64,000 nucleotides of DNA from Cyanobacteria bacterium P01_A01_bin.123 (GCA_039815185.1 JBCBZT010000002.1:160001-224000), one strand, 5' to 3'. Numbered from the stretch's first letter, positions 21,196 through 31,324 are shown. Numbers and translations: made by a program. Notes: generated by a model not told the origin, from the letters alone.

Positions 21196-21852
21196 ATGAG
21201 CTTGACCCAAGATTTAGCCAACCTACTCGAAAGCAACCGAGCCAAACTACCTAGCGACGTGACCGCTACTATGGCTAAAGCCACAGAAGACTTGGCAAAC
21301 TCTGGCATTGTTGACCGCACTCTGAAGACGGGCGATACTCTACCCGCGATCGCCCTCCCCAACGCCACAGGCAAAACAGTAGATATCCCAGTGCTGCTAA
21401 CCCAAGGCCCCGTGGTGATTGCCTTTTATCGGGGCGGCTGGTGCCCCTATTGCAACCTAGAGCTGCGAGCCTTACAGCAAGCGCTGCCCGACATTAAAGC
21501 CCACGGTGCAACTCTCGTGGCAATTTCTCCTGAGACTCCAGATAATTCACTGTCCACCACCGAAAAGAACGAGCTCGAATTTGAGGTGCTGAGCGACAAG
21601 GGCAATCAAATCGCCCGCCAGTTGGGCCTCGTGTTTACACTGCCTGAGAGTTTGCGGCCGATTTACGAGAGCTTTGGCATTGATGTGCCCGCTTATAACG
21701 GCGATCAAAATTTTGAATTACCCGTCCCGGCGACCTATGTTGTGAATACTGACGGCACAGTTCTCCACGCCTTTGCTAACGCTGACTACACAAAGCGCGA
21801 AGACCCTGCGGTGATTGTGGACGTTTTGAAAAAGCTACCTGTGAAAGCGTAA
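21196..21852 (+). CDS. Peroxiredoxin-like AhpC/TSA family protein
   Basis: FYRGGWCPYCNLEL, LVAISPE, LPVPATYV. Confidence 0.92.
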   Translation: MSLTQDLANLLESNRAKLPSDVTATMAKATEDLANSGIVDRTLKTGDTLPAIALPNATGKTVDIPVLLTQGPVVIAFYRGGWCPYCNLELRALQQALPDIKAHGATLVAISPETPDNSLSTTEKNELEFEVLSDKGNQIARQLGLVFTLPESLRPIYESFGIDVPAYNGDQNFELPVPATYVVNTDGTVLHAFANADYTKREDPAVIVDVLKKLPVKA

Positions 21853-22094
21853 ACCACGGCCAGCTCGAGATGTGGCGTTCTCCCACAGATATCGCGGTAG
21901 CCACAAAGCTTTGTGCGCTACCGCGAGCCAGATTGCTTGTGGACTAAGCATCTTGGCGATACTCGGTGCATTAAGCAATCTGGCCAGCGCTATAAAACTC
22001 CAGTTTTGGACGTGGCAATGGTTTCGTAGGTCGGTTTGTGTGTTCCTATTTAGTCGGTTTATGTGTTCCTAATTCATGACTCAAGGAGGTTCCT

Positions 22095-22442
22095 ATGACT
22101 AATGCGATTAAACCCATCACCCTGACTGCTGAAAACTTCGAGGCAGAGGTGATTCAAAGTTCGGTGCCTGTACTGGTCGATTTTTGGGCTGCTTGGTGTG
22201 GTCCTTGTCGGATCATGAACCCGGTCATTGAAGCGATCGCGGTTGAATTTGCAGGCACTGTCAAGGTGGGCAAGGTCGATGCTGACGTTCAGGACTTGCT
22301 AGCCCTGAACCATCATGTCACTGCCATCCCGACACTGCTGTTCTTCCAAAAAGGTCAAGTCGTCGAGCGGGTGTCTGGGGTAATCTCTCAGGCCGCGATC
22401 GCGGCTAAACTCAATACTCTCACTGCCGAAGTCGCCGTTTGA
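22095..22442 (+). CDS. trxA: Thioredoxin
   Basis: VLVDFWAAWCGPC, IPTL; AAGGAGG RBS. Confidence 0.92.
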   Translation: MTNAIKPITLTAENFEAEVIQSSVPVLVDFWAAWCGPCRIMNPVIEAIAVEFAGTVKVGKVDADVQDLLALNHHVTAIPTLLFFQKGQVVERVSGVISQAAIAAKLNTLTAEVAV

Positions 22443-22492
22443 TGATGGGAAATCTGGGGGCGATTGCTAGCCCCCTTTCTTTTGCCTATTTT

Positions 22493-22510
22493 TTTGAACA
22501 GTCATTCAAA
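22493..22510. promoter_or_regulatory. Putative TetR operator 3
   Basis: Near-palindrome TTTGAACAGTCATTCAAA upstream of the GST, just after a GGGGGC...GCCCCC hairpin. Confidence 0.55.
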
Positions 22511-22557
22511 TATTGTCTAATCGCTCTTCTCTGCCCCAAGTACTTACTGCGCCAACC

Positions 22558-23166
22558 ATGATTGATCTTTTTACCTACACCACCCCCAATGGTCGTAAAC
22601 CCGCAATTTTGCTCGAAGAAACGGGATTGCCTTACACGGCCTACCCCGTCAATATTGGCAAAGGCGAACAGTTTATCCCTGAGTTTATTGCCATCAATCC
22701 CAACAGCAAAATTCCTGCCATTGTCGATCGAGAAACCGACACAACTGTGTTTGAATCCGGCGCGATCTTGATTTACTTGGCCGAAAAAGCAGGAAAATTT
22801 CTCCCCACCGACGGTAAAGGCCGCTCTCAAGTATTGCAGTGGCTGATGTTTCAGATGGGTGGCGTGGGGCCAATGTTTGGTCAACTTGGTCACTTCCGTC
22901 GTTCTGCCCCAGAAAAACTCAGCTACGCCATTCAACGCTACGAAAAAGAAACCCTAAGACTGCTGAGCGTGCTCGATCAGCAACTTTCTCAACAGCCTTT
23001 TCTCGCGGGGGATTACTCCATTGCAGATATAGCGACCTATCCCTGGGTCATGGCCCATGACTATCTCGGGGTCAGCTTAGAAGACTATCCTCACCTCCAA
23101 CGTTGGGTCAAAACGTTAGGCGATCGCCCCGCAGTTCAGCAAGGCATGGCGGTGTTGAGTCTCTGA
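22558..23166 (+). CDS. Glutathione S-transferase, nu class (YfcG-like)
   Basis: [39 protein letters not shown]. Confidence 0.92.
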   Translation: MIDLFTYTTPNGRKPAILLEETGLPYTAYPVNIGKGEQFIPEFIAINPNSKIPAIVDRETDTTVFESGAILIYLAEKAGKFLPTDGKGRSQVLQWLMFQMGGVGPMFGQLGHFRRSAPEKLSYAIQRYEKETLRLLSVLDQQLSQQPFLAGDYSIADIATYPWVMAHDYLGVSLEDYPHLQRWVKTLGDRPAVQQGMAVLSL

Positions 23167-23278
23167 CTCACTGGCATGTAGCGTCTCTGACTCACTGGCA
23201 TGTAGCGTCTTTGACTGACTGGCACGTAGCATCATTGCCTCTCTGTTACGTAGCATCGTTGACTGACTGGCACATAGC
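23159..23278. repeat. Tandem array of five 24-bp units
   Basis: GTCTCTGACTCACTGGCATGTAGC twice exactly, then three diverged units at 23207, 23231, 23255. Confidence 0.9.
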
Positions 23279-23283
23279 ATCTT

Positions 23284-23449
23284 TAGACTTCTTGCACGAA
23301 TGTTTGAACCCTTTGCTGCCCCCTTTTCAGGTATGCCCGGAGGGCTTTAAGCCCCCACGCCTGGGAGACTTTGAAATCTTTTACCCCCCCAGAACTGGGG
23401 TGCAAGGGGGGCTGAATGCAGAATGTTCAAGATTCATGCAAGAGATCTG
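23284..23449. mobile_element. MITE (166 bp) with IS5/ISL2-type terminal inverted repeats
   Basis: Left TAGACTTCTTGCACGAAT, right ATTCATGCAAGAGATCTG; internal C-run/G-run hairpin; TIR resembles the IS end at 63500. Confidence 0.7.
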
Positions 23450-23502
23450 TTGACTCACCCATATTTAGCGTCACCAATCCTTTTATCTTTGGAGCCCTAT
23501 CA

Positions 23503-24126
23503 ATGAATTTTGTGCAACCTGAAACCCTCCCTCCTGAGCTCAGCGGGCTCGTCATGTCGCGATCGCTAATGACAGATCAAACCCTGTTCCATCAAGGTGC
23601 TGCTGCTGCCGATGGATTCTTGTTGAAAACGGGTAAGCTCAAGCTCGTGCGCTATCTCGACGAAGATAATAGCCTGACCTTGACAGTGGTTAAACCTGGG
23701 GACTGGGTTGCCCCGTGGATCTTGTTCCAAACCCAATATTCTTGCAGCGCGATCGCAGAAGCGGCCTCTCAAGTTTTAGTGTTCCCCAAGTTCTCCCTGC
23801 TGCCTGCGCTGAAAACCCACAGCAAACTGGCAGAAGCTGTCATGCAACAATTAGCCACTAAGCTGGAAACGCTGAGCTTTCAGCAGGGGTTGAGAGACGT
23901 GCGCGCTGCCCACGAACGGTTGCGATATTATCTGATCGATTTGGCCACCCCTGACCCCACGGGGATATCAACTGTGAAACTTAACTGTCCGTACAAAGAA
24001 GTTGCTGCTGATTTGGGCTTGACCCCAGAAACCTTGTCTCGAGCGTTAGCCCGTCTAGAAGAGACAGGCAAAATCACGCGATCGCGCAATGTCATTACGT
24101 TTAACCCTTATCGGACAGCCGGATGA
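23503..24126 (+). CDS. Crp/Fnr family transcriptional regulator
   Basis: LFHQG, GKLKL cNMP domain; VAADLGLTPETLSRAL HTH; ORF-track start 23416 lies inside the MITE, so ATG 23503 preferred. Confidence 0.88.
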   Translation: MNFVQPETLPPELSGLVMSRSLMTDQTLFHQGAAAADGFLLKTGKLKLVRYLDEDNSLTLTVVKPGDWVAPWILFQTQYSCSAIAEAASQVLVFPKFSLLPALKTHSKLAEAVMQQLATKLETLSFQQGLRDVRAAHERLRYYLIDLATPDPTGISTVKLNCPYKEVAADLGLTPETLSRALARLEETGKITRSRNVITFNPYRTAG

Positions 24127-24134
24127 TGTCTGCG

Positions 24135-24566
24135 CTATTCTGCCAAGAGACTGCGATAGAACTGACGCAGAGTATGAACTACTGTCTTCGCAAGGGCTTT
24201 GGGTGATGCATCTTTAGATTCAAACCCCTGTAAGTTAAAGGTTTGTAGATGATTAAGCAACTTAGCTTCTTCTAGATCAACGACCCCGTCACTGTAAATT
24301 AACGCGCTAATTGATTCCATCAAGCGGCGGCAATCATCTAATGTGGGATGTGCTCCAATGTAAGACTCTACCCACTCATAGCACTGCTCGGGTTTCACGT
24401 CGGCTAATCCATGGAGAAGGGAGCGAATATCGGCATCTTCCGCTAAACCTGCCTCTGAAACGACACGGTTAAGATGCTTACGCTCTTCCGGCTGAATTTC
24501 ACCGTCGATCCAAGCAGTCCCAATTAGGATTTTGAGTAGGGTTTTCGTATCAGATTGAGCGACCAT
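24135..24566 (-). CDS. TerB-family protein
   Basis: AWIDGEIQPEE and IYSDGVVDLEE repeats. Confidence 0.8.
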   Translation of the reverse strand: MVAQSDTKTLLKILIGTAWIDGEIQPEERKHLNRVVSEAGLAEDADIRSLLHGLADVKPEQCYEWVESYIGAHPTLDDCRRLMESISALIYSDGVVDLEEAKLLNHLQTFNLQGFESKDASPKALAKTVVHTLRQFYRSLLAE

Positions 24567-24674
24567 GACGATTCCCACACTTTGCTTGAACGATACCCCA
24601 TTTTAGTCAATCACGGGCAACATACCTGCTTAATTCCATCAAAGACCCGATGAATCAATCACGGTTTCATGTCC

Positions 24675-25487
24675 CTAGCGTGTGGGTTGATTGCTGCCGC
24701 GATAGCGGAGGTATTCTGCCATCGCCGCAATCAAGCCTGACCCCAGAATCAGAAGGACGCTGAGGGCATTCATGTCAGGTTTAACGCCCGTCCGAAGACG
24801 ACTAAAAATTTCAAGGGGCAGTGGATTAGCCCCACCACCAGCGGTGAAGCTGGAAATTAACAGATCATCAATACTTAATACAAAGGCCAACAGACAACCC
24901 GATACAATCGCGGGCATTAGTTCAGGCAGTAAGACTTTGAGCAAAGCTTCTGGCGGAGTTGCCCCTAAATCAAGGGCAGCTTCTTCTAAATGAGGATCGA
25001 TACTGTTGATCCGGCTAGAGACTACCACAGCGATATAGGCCAAACAAAAGACCATATGGGCCCCGATAATCGTCCAAATGCTCAGTGGGATTGCAACGGA
25101 GGCTAAAAAGACCAGGGTTGCCACAGCGATCGCGATGTCCGGCACAATTAACGGTAAATAAGAAACGCCGCGATAGAGGGTTTTGCCCGGAAACGTATAT
25201 TTTGCCAATCCGATCGCCATCAAGGTGCCTAAAATTGCGGAGAGCCCCACCGCCACGATCGCAATAAATAGAGTATCTTGCAGCGATCGCAGAATACGAT
25301 CATCGCTCAATAAGCGAGCATACCACTTGAGGCTAAAGCCTTGCCAAACTGAGGTGTATCGCTCCGAGTCATTGAAGCTGTAGATCGCCAACACCAAAAT
25401 TGGCCCATACATAAAGCCATACATCAGCAGGGCAACTATCCCTTGCCAGGTGATGGGTAAGCCCAAACGAACCCAGATTGATTTCAC
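24675..25487 (-). CDS. potC: Polyamine ABC transporter permease PotC
   Basis: IYSFN, LEEAALDLGA (EAA motif), LSIDD. Confidence 0.9.
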   Translation of the reverse strand: MKSIWVRLGLPITWQGIVALLMYGFMYGPILVLAIYSFNDSERYTSVWQGFSLKWYARLLSDDRILRSLQDTLFIAIVAVGLSAILGTLMAIGLAKYTFPGKTLYRGVSYLPLIVPDIAIAVATLVFLASVAIPLSIWTIIGAHMVFCLAYIAVVVSSRINSIDPHLEEAALDLGATPPEALLKVLLPELMPAIVSGCLLAFVLSIDDLLISSFTAGGGANPLPLEIFSRLRTGVKPDMNALSVLLILGSGLIAAMAEYLRYRGSNQPTR

Positions 25488-25500
25488 AGCAGTTGCCCCC

Positions 25501-26484
25501 TCACGTCTCTGAAACCGAATTGCGATCGCCGTATTTAAGCAACAACGCGATCGCCAAACTGACTGCCAAAATCATAATCACACTTAGGGCTGACCCTAGC
25601 CCCCAATTGCGCGTAATGCCCAAAAATTGCTGATAGATCAGCCGCGAAATCGTCATGCTCGAGGCCCCGCCCAACACTGTAGGCACTGCGAAATCGCCCA
25701 TGCTGGTGATGAACACGAGCAGCGAGGCCGCCGCAATACCGGGTAGGGTTTGGGGCACCGTCACCTTCCAAAAGGTTTGCTGCGGGGTTGCCCCAAGATC
25801 TGCCGACGCTTCGAGTAAATCGGTGTCGAGCTTTTCCAATGCCGCATAGAGAATCAACACCATGTAGGGCAAAAAGCTGTAAGTTAGGCCAATCAGCACT
25901 GCCGTAGCAGTATACAGCCAGCCTTGAGTCGGCAACGTCACCCCAGGCAACCCCAGGCGAAGGACGCTTTCCACCACGCCGATGAAGGAATTGAGCAATC
26001 CTGTGGGGCGCAAAATACTAATCCACGCAAAGGCCCGCAGCAGTGATGACGTCCAAAGCGGCAGCACAAATACCACCAACAAAAAACTACGCCACCGTTT
26101 TGGGGCCATTAACGCCAGCCAATAGGCCACCGGGAAGCCCATCAGCAGGCAGGCCAGCGTCGTACCTGTGGCGTAGAATAGCGATCGCCACAGAACCTGA
26201 ATATAGACTGGGTTAAACGCCTCATCCAGTGGGTTGAAAATCCGAAAATAATTCCCCAGCCCATAGTCTGCCTGTGGTTCTCCCGGTCTCAGACCTGGCA
26301 CTAAGCTAATCTCAGCAATCAGCAGCGTGGGCAACACCAGTAGCAATAGCAGCCAAATCCCAGAGGGAGCGAGCATCAGCAAAGGGCCTAACAGATGCTT
26401 TAGGAATGTGGGGATCTTCCAAGATGCACTTTTGGGACGGTCTATAGATGCAGTTGACGGGGAAGGGGGGGATGACATAACCAA
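25501..26484 (-). CDS. potB: Polyamine ABC transporter permease PotB
   Basis: LPLWTSSLLRAFAW, LPYMVL, LLEASADLGA, NWGLGSALS. Confidence 0.9.
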   Translation of the reverse strand: MVMSSPPSPSTASIDRPKSASWKIPTFLKHLLGPLLMLAPSGIWLLLLLVLPTLLIAEISLVPGLRPGEPQADYGLGNYFRIFNPLDEAFNPVYIQVLWRSLFYATGTTLACLLMGFPVAYWLALMAPKRWRSFLLVVFVLPLWTSSLLRAFAWISILRPTGLLNSFIGVVESVLRLGLPGVTLPTQGWLYTATAVLIGLTYSFLPYMVLILYAALEKLDTDLLEASADLGATPQQTFWKVTVPQTLPGIAAASLLVFITSMGDFAVPTVLGGASSMTISRLIYQQFLGITRNWGLGSALSVIMILAVSLAIALLLKYGDRNSVSET

Positions 26485-26496
26485 AAACCAAAAACG

Positions 26497-27669
26497 TTAG
26501 GCACCCGTAATTTGAGTCCAGTAGCGATCGTAGAGTTCTTCAGCAGATTCCTCAACAGGTGCAATTCCCTCGCATCGCTCGATCACTTCGGCTGGTGGGA
26601 AAATATCGTCGTTGCTCTTTAATTCATCAGACAACATCTCAATGGCCGTCGCATTGGGTGTCGCGAAATAAAGGTTTTCCACCGCCTTGGCCGTCGCATC
26701 GGGTTCTAGGATGAAATTGAGCCATTGGTAGGCTGCATCTACATTGGGCGCAGAGGTCGGAATCGCAATCGTGTCAGTCCATACCGATGTCCCGCTCTCC
26801 GGCACAATATATTCCAAATTCGGGTCTTCCTCAATCACCACTGCCGCATCCGATGAGTAAGCCATGACCACAGTCAAATCACCCCCCAATAGGGCATCTT
26901 CATAGCCGGAGGTGGTAAAGGATGCGATCGCAGGTTTGAGTTCATTCAATCGGTTATAAGCTTCTTCAATTTCCGCTGGATCATTGGAGTTGTAAGAATA
27001 TCCCAAGGATTTCAATACGGCCCCTAATGTTTCTCGTACATCATCCAGCAGGGTAATGCGACGGGCTAACTCATCTTGGTTTTCCCATAAATAATCCCAG
27101 TCGGTGGGGGGGGTAGTTAGCAAAGTTTTGTTGTATAACAATCCCGAAGTTCCCCAGGAGAACGGAATGCTATGGGCATGGCCGGGATCATAGAGGGGAT
27201 CTTGCCAGTTCGCCAAAAGGTTGTCTAGTCCTTCAATGCGAGACAGGTCAAGCGTTGACAACAACCCCAGATCGACCATCTCTTGAACCACGTAGTCTGA
27301 GGGATAAATGATGCTGTAAATGTCTCCACCACCCGCAGTCAGCTTCGCCTGCATGGCTTCGTTAGATTCAAAGATGTCCACAACCACTTCAATCCCGGTT
27401 TGCTCGGTGAAACGGCTCGTCATTTCGTCATCGGTGTAGTTAGCCCAGGTGTAAATGTGCAGCTTATCCGAGCCCGCTGCACTCCCCCCATCGCCTTCAG
27501 CAGGCGCTGATTCCGAGGGCTGGACATTGGCTAAATTTCCCCGACAATTTGACAGTGCCATTCCGGTTACAGCCGCCGCAGTGCCTTGCAAAAATCGACG
27601 CCGATTTGCCGAAAACTGACGGGAGACTTGGCGATTTTGTCCTGGATAAAACAATCTCTTTCGGGGCAC
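26497..27669 (-). CDS. potD: Polyamine ABC transporter substrate-binding lipoprotein PotD
   Basis: Tat motif RRRFLQG, lipobox LSNC, YTWANY, FESNE, YPSDY. Confidence 0.88.
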   Translation of the reverse strand: MPRKRLFYPGQNRQVSRQFSANRRRFLQGTAAAVTGMALSNCRGNLANVQPSESAPAEGDGGSAAGSDKLHIYTWANYTDDEMTSRFTEQTGIEVVVDIFESNEAMQAKLTAGGGDIYSIIYPSDYVVQEMVDLGLLSTLDLSRIEGLDNLLANWQDPLYDPGHAHSIPFSWGTSGLLYNKTLLTTPPTDWDYLWENQDELARRITLLDDVRETLGAVLKSLGYSYNSNDPAEIEEAYNRLNELKPAIASFTTSGYEDALLGGDLTVVMAYSSDAAVVIEEDPNLEYIVPESGTSVWTDTIAIPTSAPNVDAAYQWLNFILEPDATAKAVENLYFATPNATAIEMLSDELKSNDDIFPPAEVIERCEGIAPVEESAEELYDRYWTQITGA

Positions 27670-27759
27670 AGTAGTTCACTCCAACATCAATAGCTGACAA
27701 CAGTTTTCACACAACAGCAAGCTGCCTAACACCACTACAAAAATAGCATTGGTTATGTT

Positions 27760-28893
27760 CTATGCTGCCAAGGCAAGACAATCCTTCGGTGACCAATAAG
27801 CATAGACCTGGGCATGTTGATCGGGGAGTTGCTCAACCCGATTAGGGCGGAGTACGGTCACACAGTCTCCTGTCGCTAATTCCACGACAAAATGCAGGTG
27901 GGTGCCCAGATACATTATGTGTTTGAGCCGCCCTGCGAAACAGTTAACCTTATGAGTCGTCGGAGCCTCCAAACTCAGCCGAATTTTTTCAGGGCGCACG
28001 CTGACGTATATTGACTGCGATGTCTTGAAATCTTGGTTCGACTCCAACCGTCGCGCTAATACCTTTAACCCTGCTGCAGTCTTCACCCGCAGCGCTGCGG
28101 ATTCAACCTCCTCTACCCTGCCCTCAATCAAATTGGTATCGCCAATAAAATCTGCCACAAAGGGGGTTCTGGGAGACTCATAAATCTCACTGGGACTGCC
28201 CACCTGCTCGATTTCGCCATCCCGCATCACCGCAATGCGATCTGACAGGGATAATGCTTCTTCTTGGTCATGGGTCACCAGGATGAAGGTAATGCCTAAT
28301 TCTCGATGGAGATTCGACAACTCCACCTGCATCTGCTTTCTCAGCTTTAAGTCCAACGCGCCCAAGGGTTCATCCAGCAACATGACGGCAGGTCGATTCA
28401 CCAATGCCCTAGCCAGTGCCACACGCTGCCGTTGCCCACCAGAAAGCTGTTTAGGAAATCGCTGTGCAAACGACTCCATTTTGACCAATTGCAGGGCTTC
28501 AGCAACCCGCTCTTGCACTTGACGTTTACCACACCCTTTAATCCTGAGACCAAAGGCAATATTTTCCCAAACGCTGAGGTGGTTAAACAGAGCGTAGCTC
28601 TGAAACACCGTGTTTACCGGACGGCGATAGGCCGGAACCCGATTAACGTTTTGTCCTTGAATCAATACTTCCCCTGTCGTGGGTTCCTCAAAACCCGCGA
28701 CTAATCGCAGAGTGGTGGTTTTGCCACAACCGGATGGCCCCAAAATACTGAAAAACTCACCCTGTCTCACGCTCAGGTCAACCCCACGTATCGCGATCTC
28801 ACCCTCAAAGGATTTAGACACTTGCTGCAACACCACATCAGCCGTTGCCATGGCTTCGGAGGTTTTTAGACTAGCTGAAAGGGTCTGGGACAT
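27760..28893 (-). CDS. potA: Polyamine ABC transporter ATPase PotA
   Basis: GPSGCGKTT, VNTVFQSYALF, LSGGQ, LLDEPLGALDLKLR, TOBE domain. Confidence 0.93.
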   Translation of the reverse strand: MSQTLSASLKTSEAMATADVVLQQVSKSFEGEIAIRGVDLSVRQGEFFSILGPSGCGKTTTLRLVAGFEEPTTGEVLIQGQNVNRVPAYRRPVNTVFQSYALFNHLSVWENIAFGLRIKGCGKRQVQERVAEALQLVKMESFAQRFPKQLSGGQRQRVALARALVNRPAVMLLDEPLGALDLKLRKQMQVELSNLHRELGITFILVTHDQEEALSLSDRIAVMRDGEIEQVGSPSEIYESPRTPFVADFIGDTNLIEGRVEEVESAALRVKTAAGLKVLARRLESNQDFKTSQSIYVSVRPEKIRLSLEAPTTHKVNCFAGRLKHIMYLGTHLHFVVELATGDCVTVLRPNRVEQLPDQHAQVYAYWSPKDCLALAA

Positions 28894-29188
28894 AGTCAAG
28901 GCTCCCCGTGGTCAACTTCATTGTATCCATCGCTTAGTTGCTAAAGAAAGCTGTCCCGAATCCTACCACTTTCGTTCGCCCATTTAGGTTGACCGATTCA
29001 GATGGATTCCTGGCTAAGTTCCATGGCAACTCCAGCCGCTGCTCAATGTTAATGTGCCCCATTTTTGCTTAGATAACGCCCCATTTTCCGTTACAAAAGC
29101 GCCAGCGTGCGACATTCCGTCTCAGTGGCTGCAACGAGGACGCTAAACTGGTGAAGATTATTAATTTAAACCCCCTTAAGTTTCGGCC

Positions 29189-30994
29189 ATGGCTTTGATG
29201 AACTATTCGGCCTCTTCTAACAGGGCTGATAAGAATTCAACCCGCACAGTCGGACGGCAGTATCAGTCAGTCATCTTGATGCTGTTTATTAGTCTGATCC
29301 TATTTGGCGGTATTGGCAGTCGGTTGGCCTATCTCCAATTAGTTGAAGGGGGACGAAATCGGCAACTGGCGGACAATAACCGCATTTTGCTGCTACCCAA
29401 GCGTCCGGCCCGAGGCACAATCTTTGATCGCAACGGCAAAATCTTGGCTGGGAGCCGTCTATCGCACTCGGTGTCGATTTGGCCCATCGCGTTGCCTGAA
29501 ACTGAGCGCGATCGCGTGGTCGGTCAACTCGCTAACATCTTAGAGATTCCAGAGGAGGCGATTCAAAATCGCTTAGAACAAGCTGGGTATGAATCGACCC
29601 AATCTGTCCCGATTGCTCGGGGGGTAAGTCCAGCTCAGGCGACGGCACTGGAAGAGTATGGCAGCGAACTCGCCGGGGTCAGAGTCGAGGCTGAAGCTGT
29701 TCGGAATTATCCCAACGGAGACTTGGCAGCCCACGTCTTGGGCTACACCGGAGAGATGAGCGATGAAGAATTACAGTCCAAAATCGACGCAGACGAAGAT
29801 TACCGTTTGGGTGACATCATTGGCCAGATGGGTTCAGAGGCAGCTTTTGAACCCCTACTAAGGGGCAAATGGGGGGGACAACAGGTTGAAGTCAACAGCT
29901 CTGGTCGGGTCGTCCGAATTTTAGGCAAAAAGCCTTCGGAGTCGGGTCAAGATATTCGACTCACGATTGATCTGGAGTTACAAAAGACGGCTGAAGCTGT
30001 CCTGGGCGATCGCATTGGGGCCATTGTGGCGATGGACCCCAGGGATGGTGCAATCCTGGCGATGGTGAGCCGCCCCGCCTTTGACCCCAATATCTTTTCA
30101 ACCCAAATTACCGATGAACAGTGGACACAACTGCAAGGGCGCACCTTTCCCTTCCTAAATCGTTCCCTACGGGCTTATCCCCCCGCCAGTACTTACAAAA
30201 TTGTCACCACAACAGCTGCCATTGAATCGGGCACATTCCCACCTTCGACAGTGTTAGCTACCTACCCCTATGTGCGAGCTGGGGGCATTTTATTTTGGGA
30301 CTGGAACAAGACCGGGTTTGGGCCATTAAGCTTCCCTGGTGCGATGGCGTGGAGTAGCGACACTTTCTTTTACCAAGTTGCCATGAGAATGGGCGAAGCC
30401 CCCCTAATCGAATGGTCTAGACGCTATGGCTTTGGTCAGAAAACGGGAATTGAACTGGCGTCAGGAGAAAGTGCGGGCCTGGTACCTGACCATGAATGGA
30501 AAAAAGAAGTCCTGGACGACATTTGGTATCAGGGTGACACGATCAACATGTCGATTGGTCAGGGCTTTATGCAGGCAACACCGCTCCAAGTTGCTGTTAT
30601 GTTTGCCGTAGCGGCTAATGGCGGCTATAAGGTCACACCCCATATCTTGCTCGATAATGCAGAGTCTCAGCAGTGGCGTGAAGATTTGGGAATTAGCGAC
30701 CAAACCCTTGACATCTTAGATCGGGGGTTGCGGCAGGTCGTTACAGGCGGTACCGGAACCATCGTTAACATCCCGGGTTTGCCGCCCATGTCAGGCAAGA
30801 GCGGAACTGCTGAAGCTGACCCCTATGAAAATCACACCTGGTTTGGCGCCTATGGCCCCACGGACAATCCTGAAATTTTGGTGGTTGCCTTTGGCGAACA
30901 TTCTGGCGGCGGCGGCGGTGCCCTAATGGGGCCCCTGACTCGACAAGTTCTAGAAGCTTACTTCAACAAAAAATCGGTTGCTCAAGGCCAGTGA
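29189..30994 (+). CDS. mrdA: Penicillin-binding protein 2 (class B)
   Basis: TM anchor, RGTIFDRNG, STYK, SSD, KSGTAE. Confidence 0.93.
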   Translation: MALMNYSASSNRADKNSTRTVGRQYQSVILMLFISLILFGGIGSRLAYLQLVEGGRNRQLADNNRILLLPKRPARGTIFDRNGKILAGSRLSHSVSIWPIALPETERDRVVGQLANILEIPEEAIQNRLEQAGYESTQSVPIARGVSPAQATALEEYGSELAGVRVEAEAVRNYPNGDLAAHVLGYTGEMSDEELQSKIDADEDYRLGDIIGQMGSEAAFEPLLRGKWGGQQVEVNSSGRVVRILGKKPSESGQDIRLTIDLELQKTAEAVLGDRIGAIVAMDPRDGAILAMVSRPAFDPNIFSTQITDEQWTQLQGRTFPFLNRSLRAYPPASTYKIVTTTAAIESGTFPPSTVLATYPYVRAGGILFWDWNKTGFGPLSFPGAMAWSSDTFFYQVAMRMGEAPLIEWSRRYGFGQKTGIELASGESAGLVPDHEWKKEVLDDIWYQGDTINMSIGQGFMQATPLQVAVMFAVAANGGYKVTPHILLDNAESQQWREDLGISDQTLDILDRGLRQVVTGGTGTIVNIPGLPPMSGKSGTAEADPYENHTWFGAYGPTDNPEILVVAFGEHSGGGGGALMGPLTRQVLEAYFNKKSVAQGQ

Positions 30995-31015
30995 GTGCCA
31001 ATTAATAGTGGAAAC

Positions 31016-31324
31016 TCACTCGTCTCGACTATCGTCTGCTGCGGGAGAGGAAGAATCATAGAGGGCGTCGAGCTGTTCACGAGCGTCTTTGACAGAAATC
31101 GAACGCATAACCAGCAACGGTTCACTAATCACCTTGCCATTGTCGTCTAGCAGTTCAGGGTGAGGGATGGGGCGTGTCTCAGCCTGGGACGCATTTAGGG
31201 AAGACAGAGCACTGCTACTGGGTCGACCGCTGGCCGAGCCCAGGGTAATCAAGTTTCGCACTAAATTCCAGATGGCTAAAGTGGCGAGTACGGTAAACGC
31301 AACAATGTAGAGGAGGTGCAGCAT
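31016..31324 (-). CDS. DUF2973-like small membrane protein
   Basis: MLHLLYIVAF, HPELLDDNG, EPLLVMRS, REQLDALY. Confidence 0.75.
   Translation of the reverse strand: MLHLLYIVAFTVLATLAIWNLVRNLITLGSASGRPSSSALSSLNASQAETRPIPHPELLDDNGKVISEPLLVMRSISVKDAREQLDALYDSSSPAADDSRDE

Noticed and set aside
23159..23278. CRISPR array
   Set aside because: Units are contiguous with no unique spacers, and there are no cas genes in the window
23103..23453. 116-aa ORF with SLTHWHVA repeats as a real gene
   Set aside because: Starts inside the GST on a TTG and is built from the tandem array plus the MITE; no independent coding evidence
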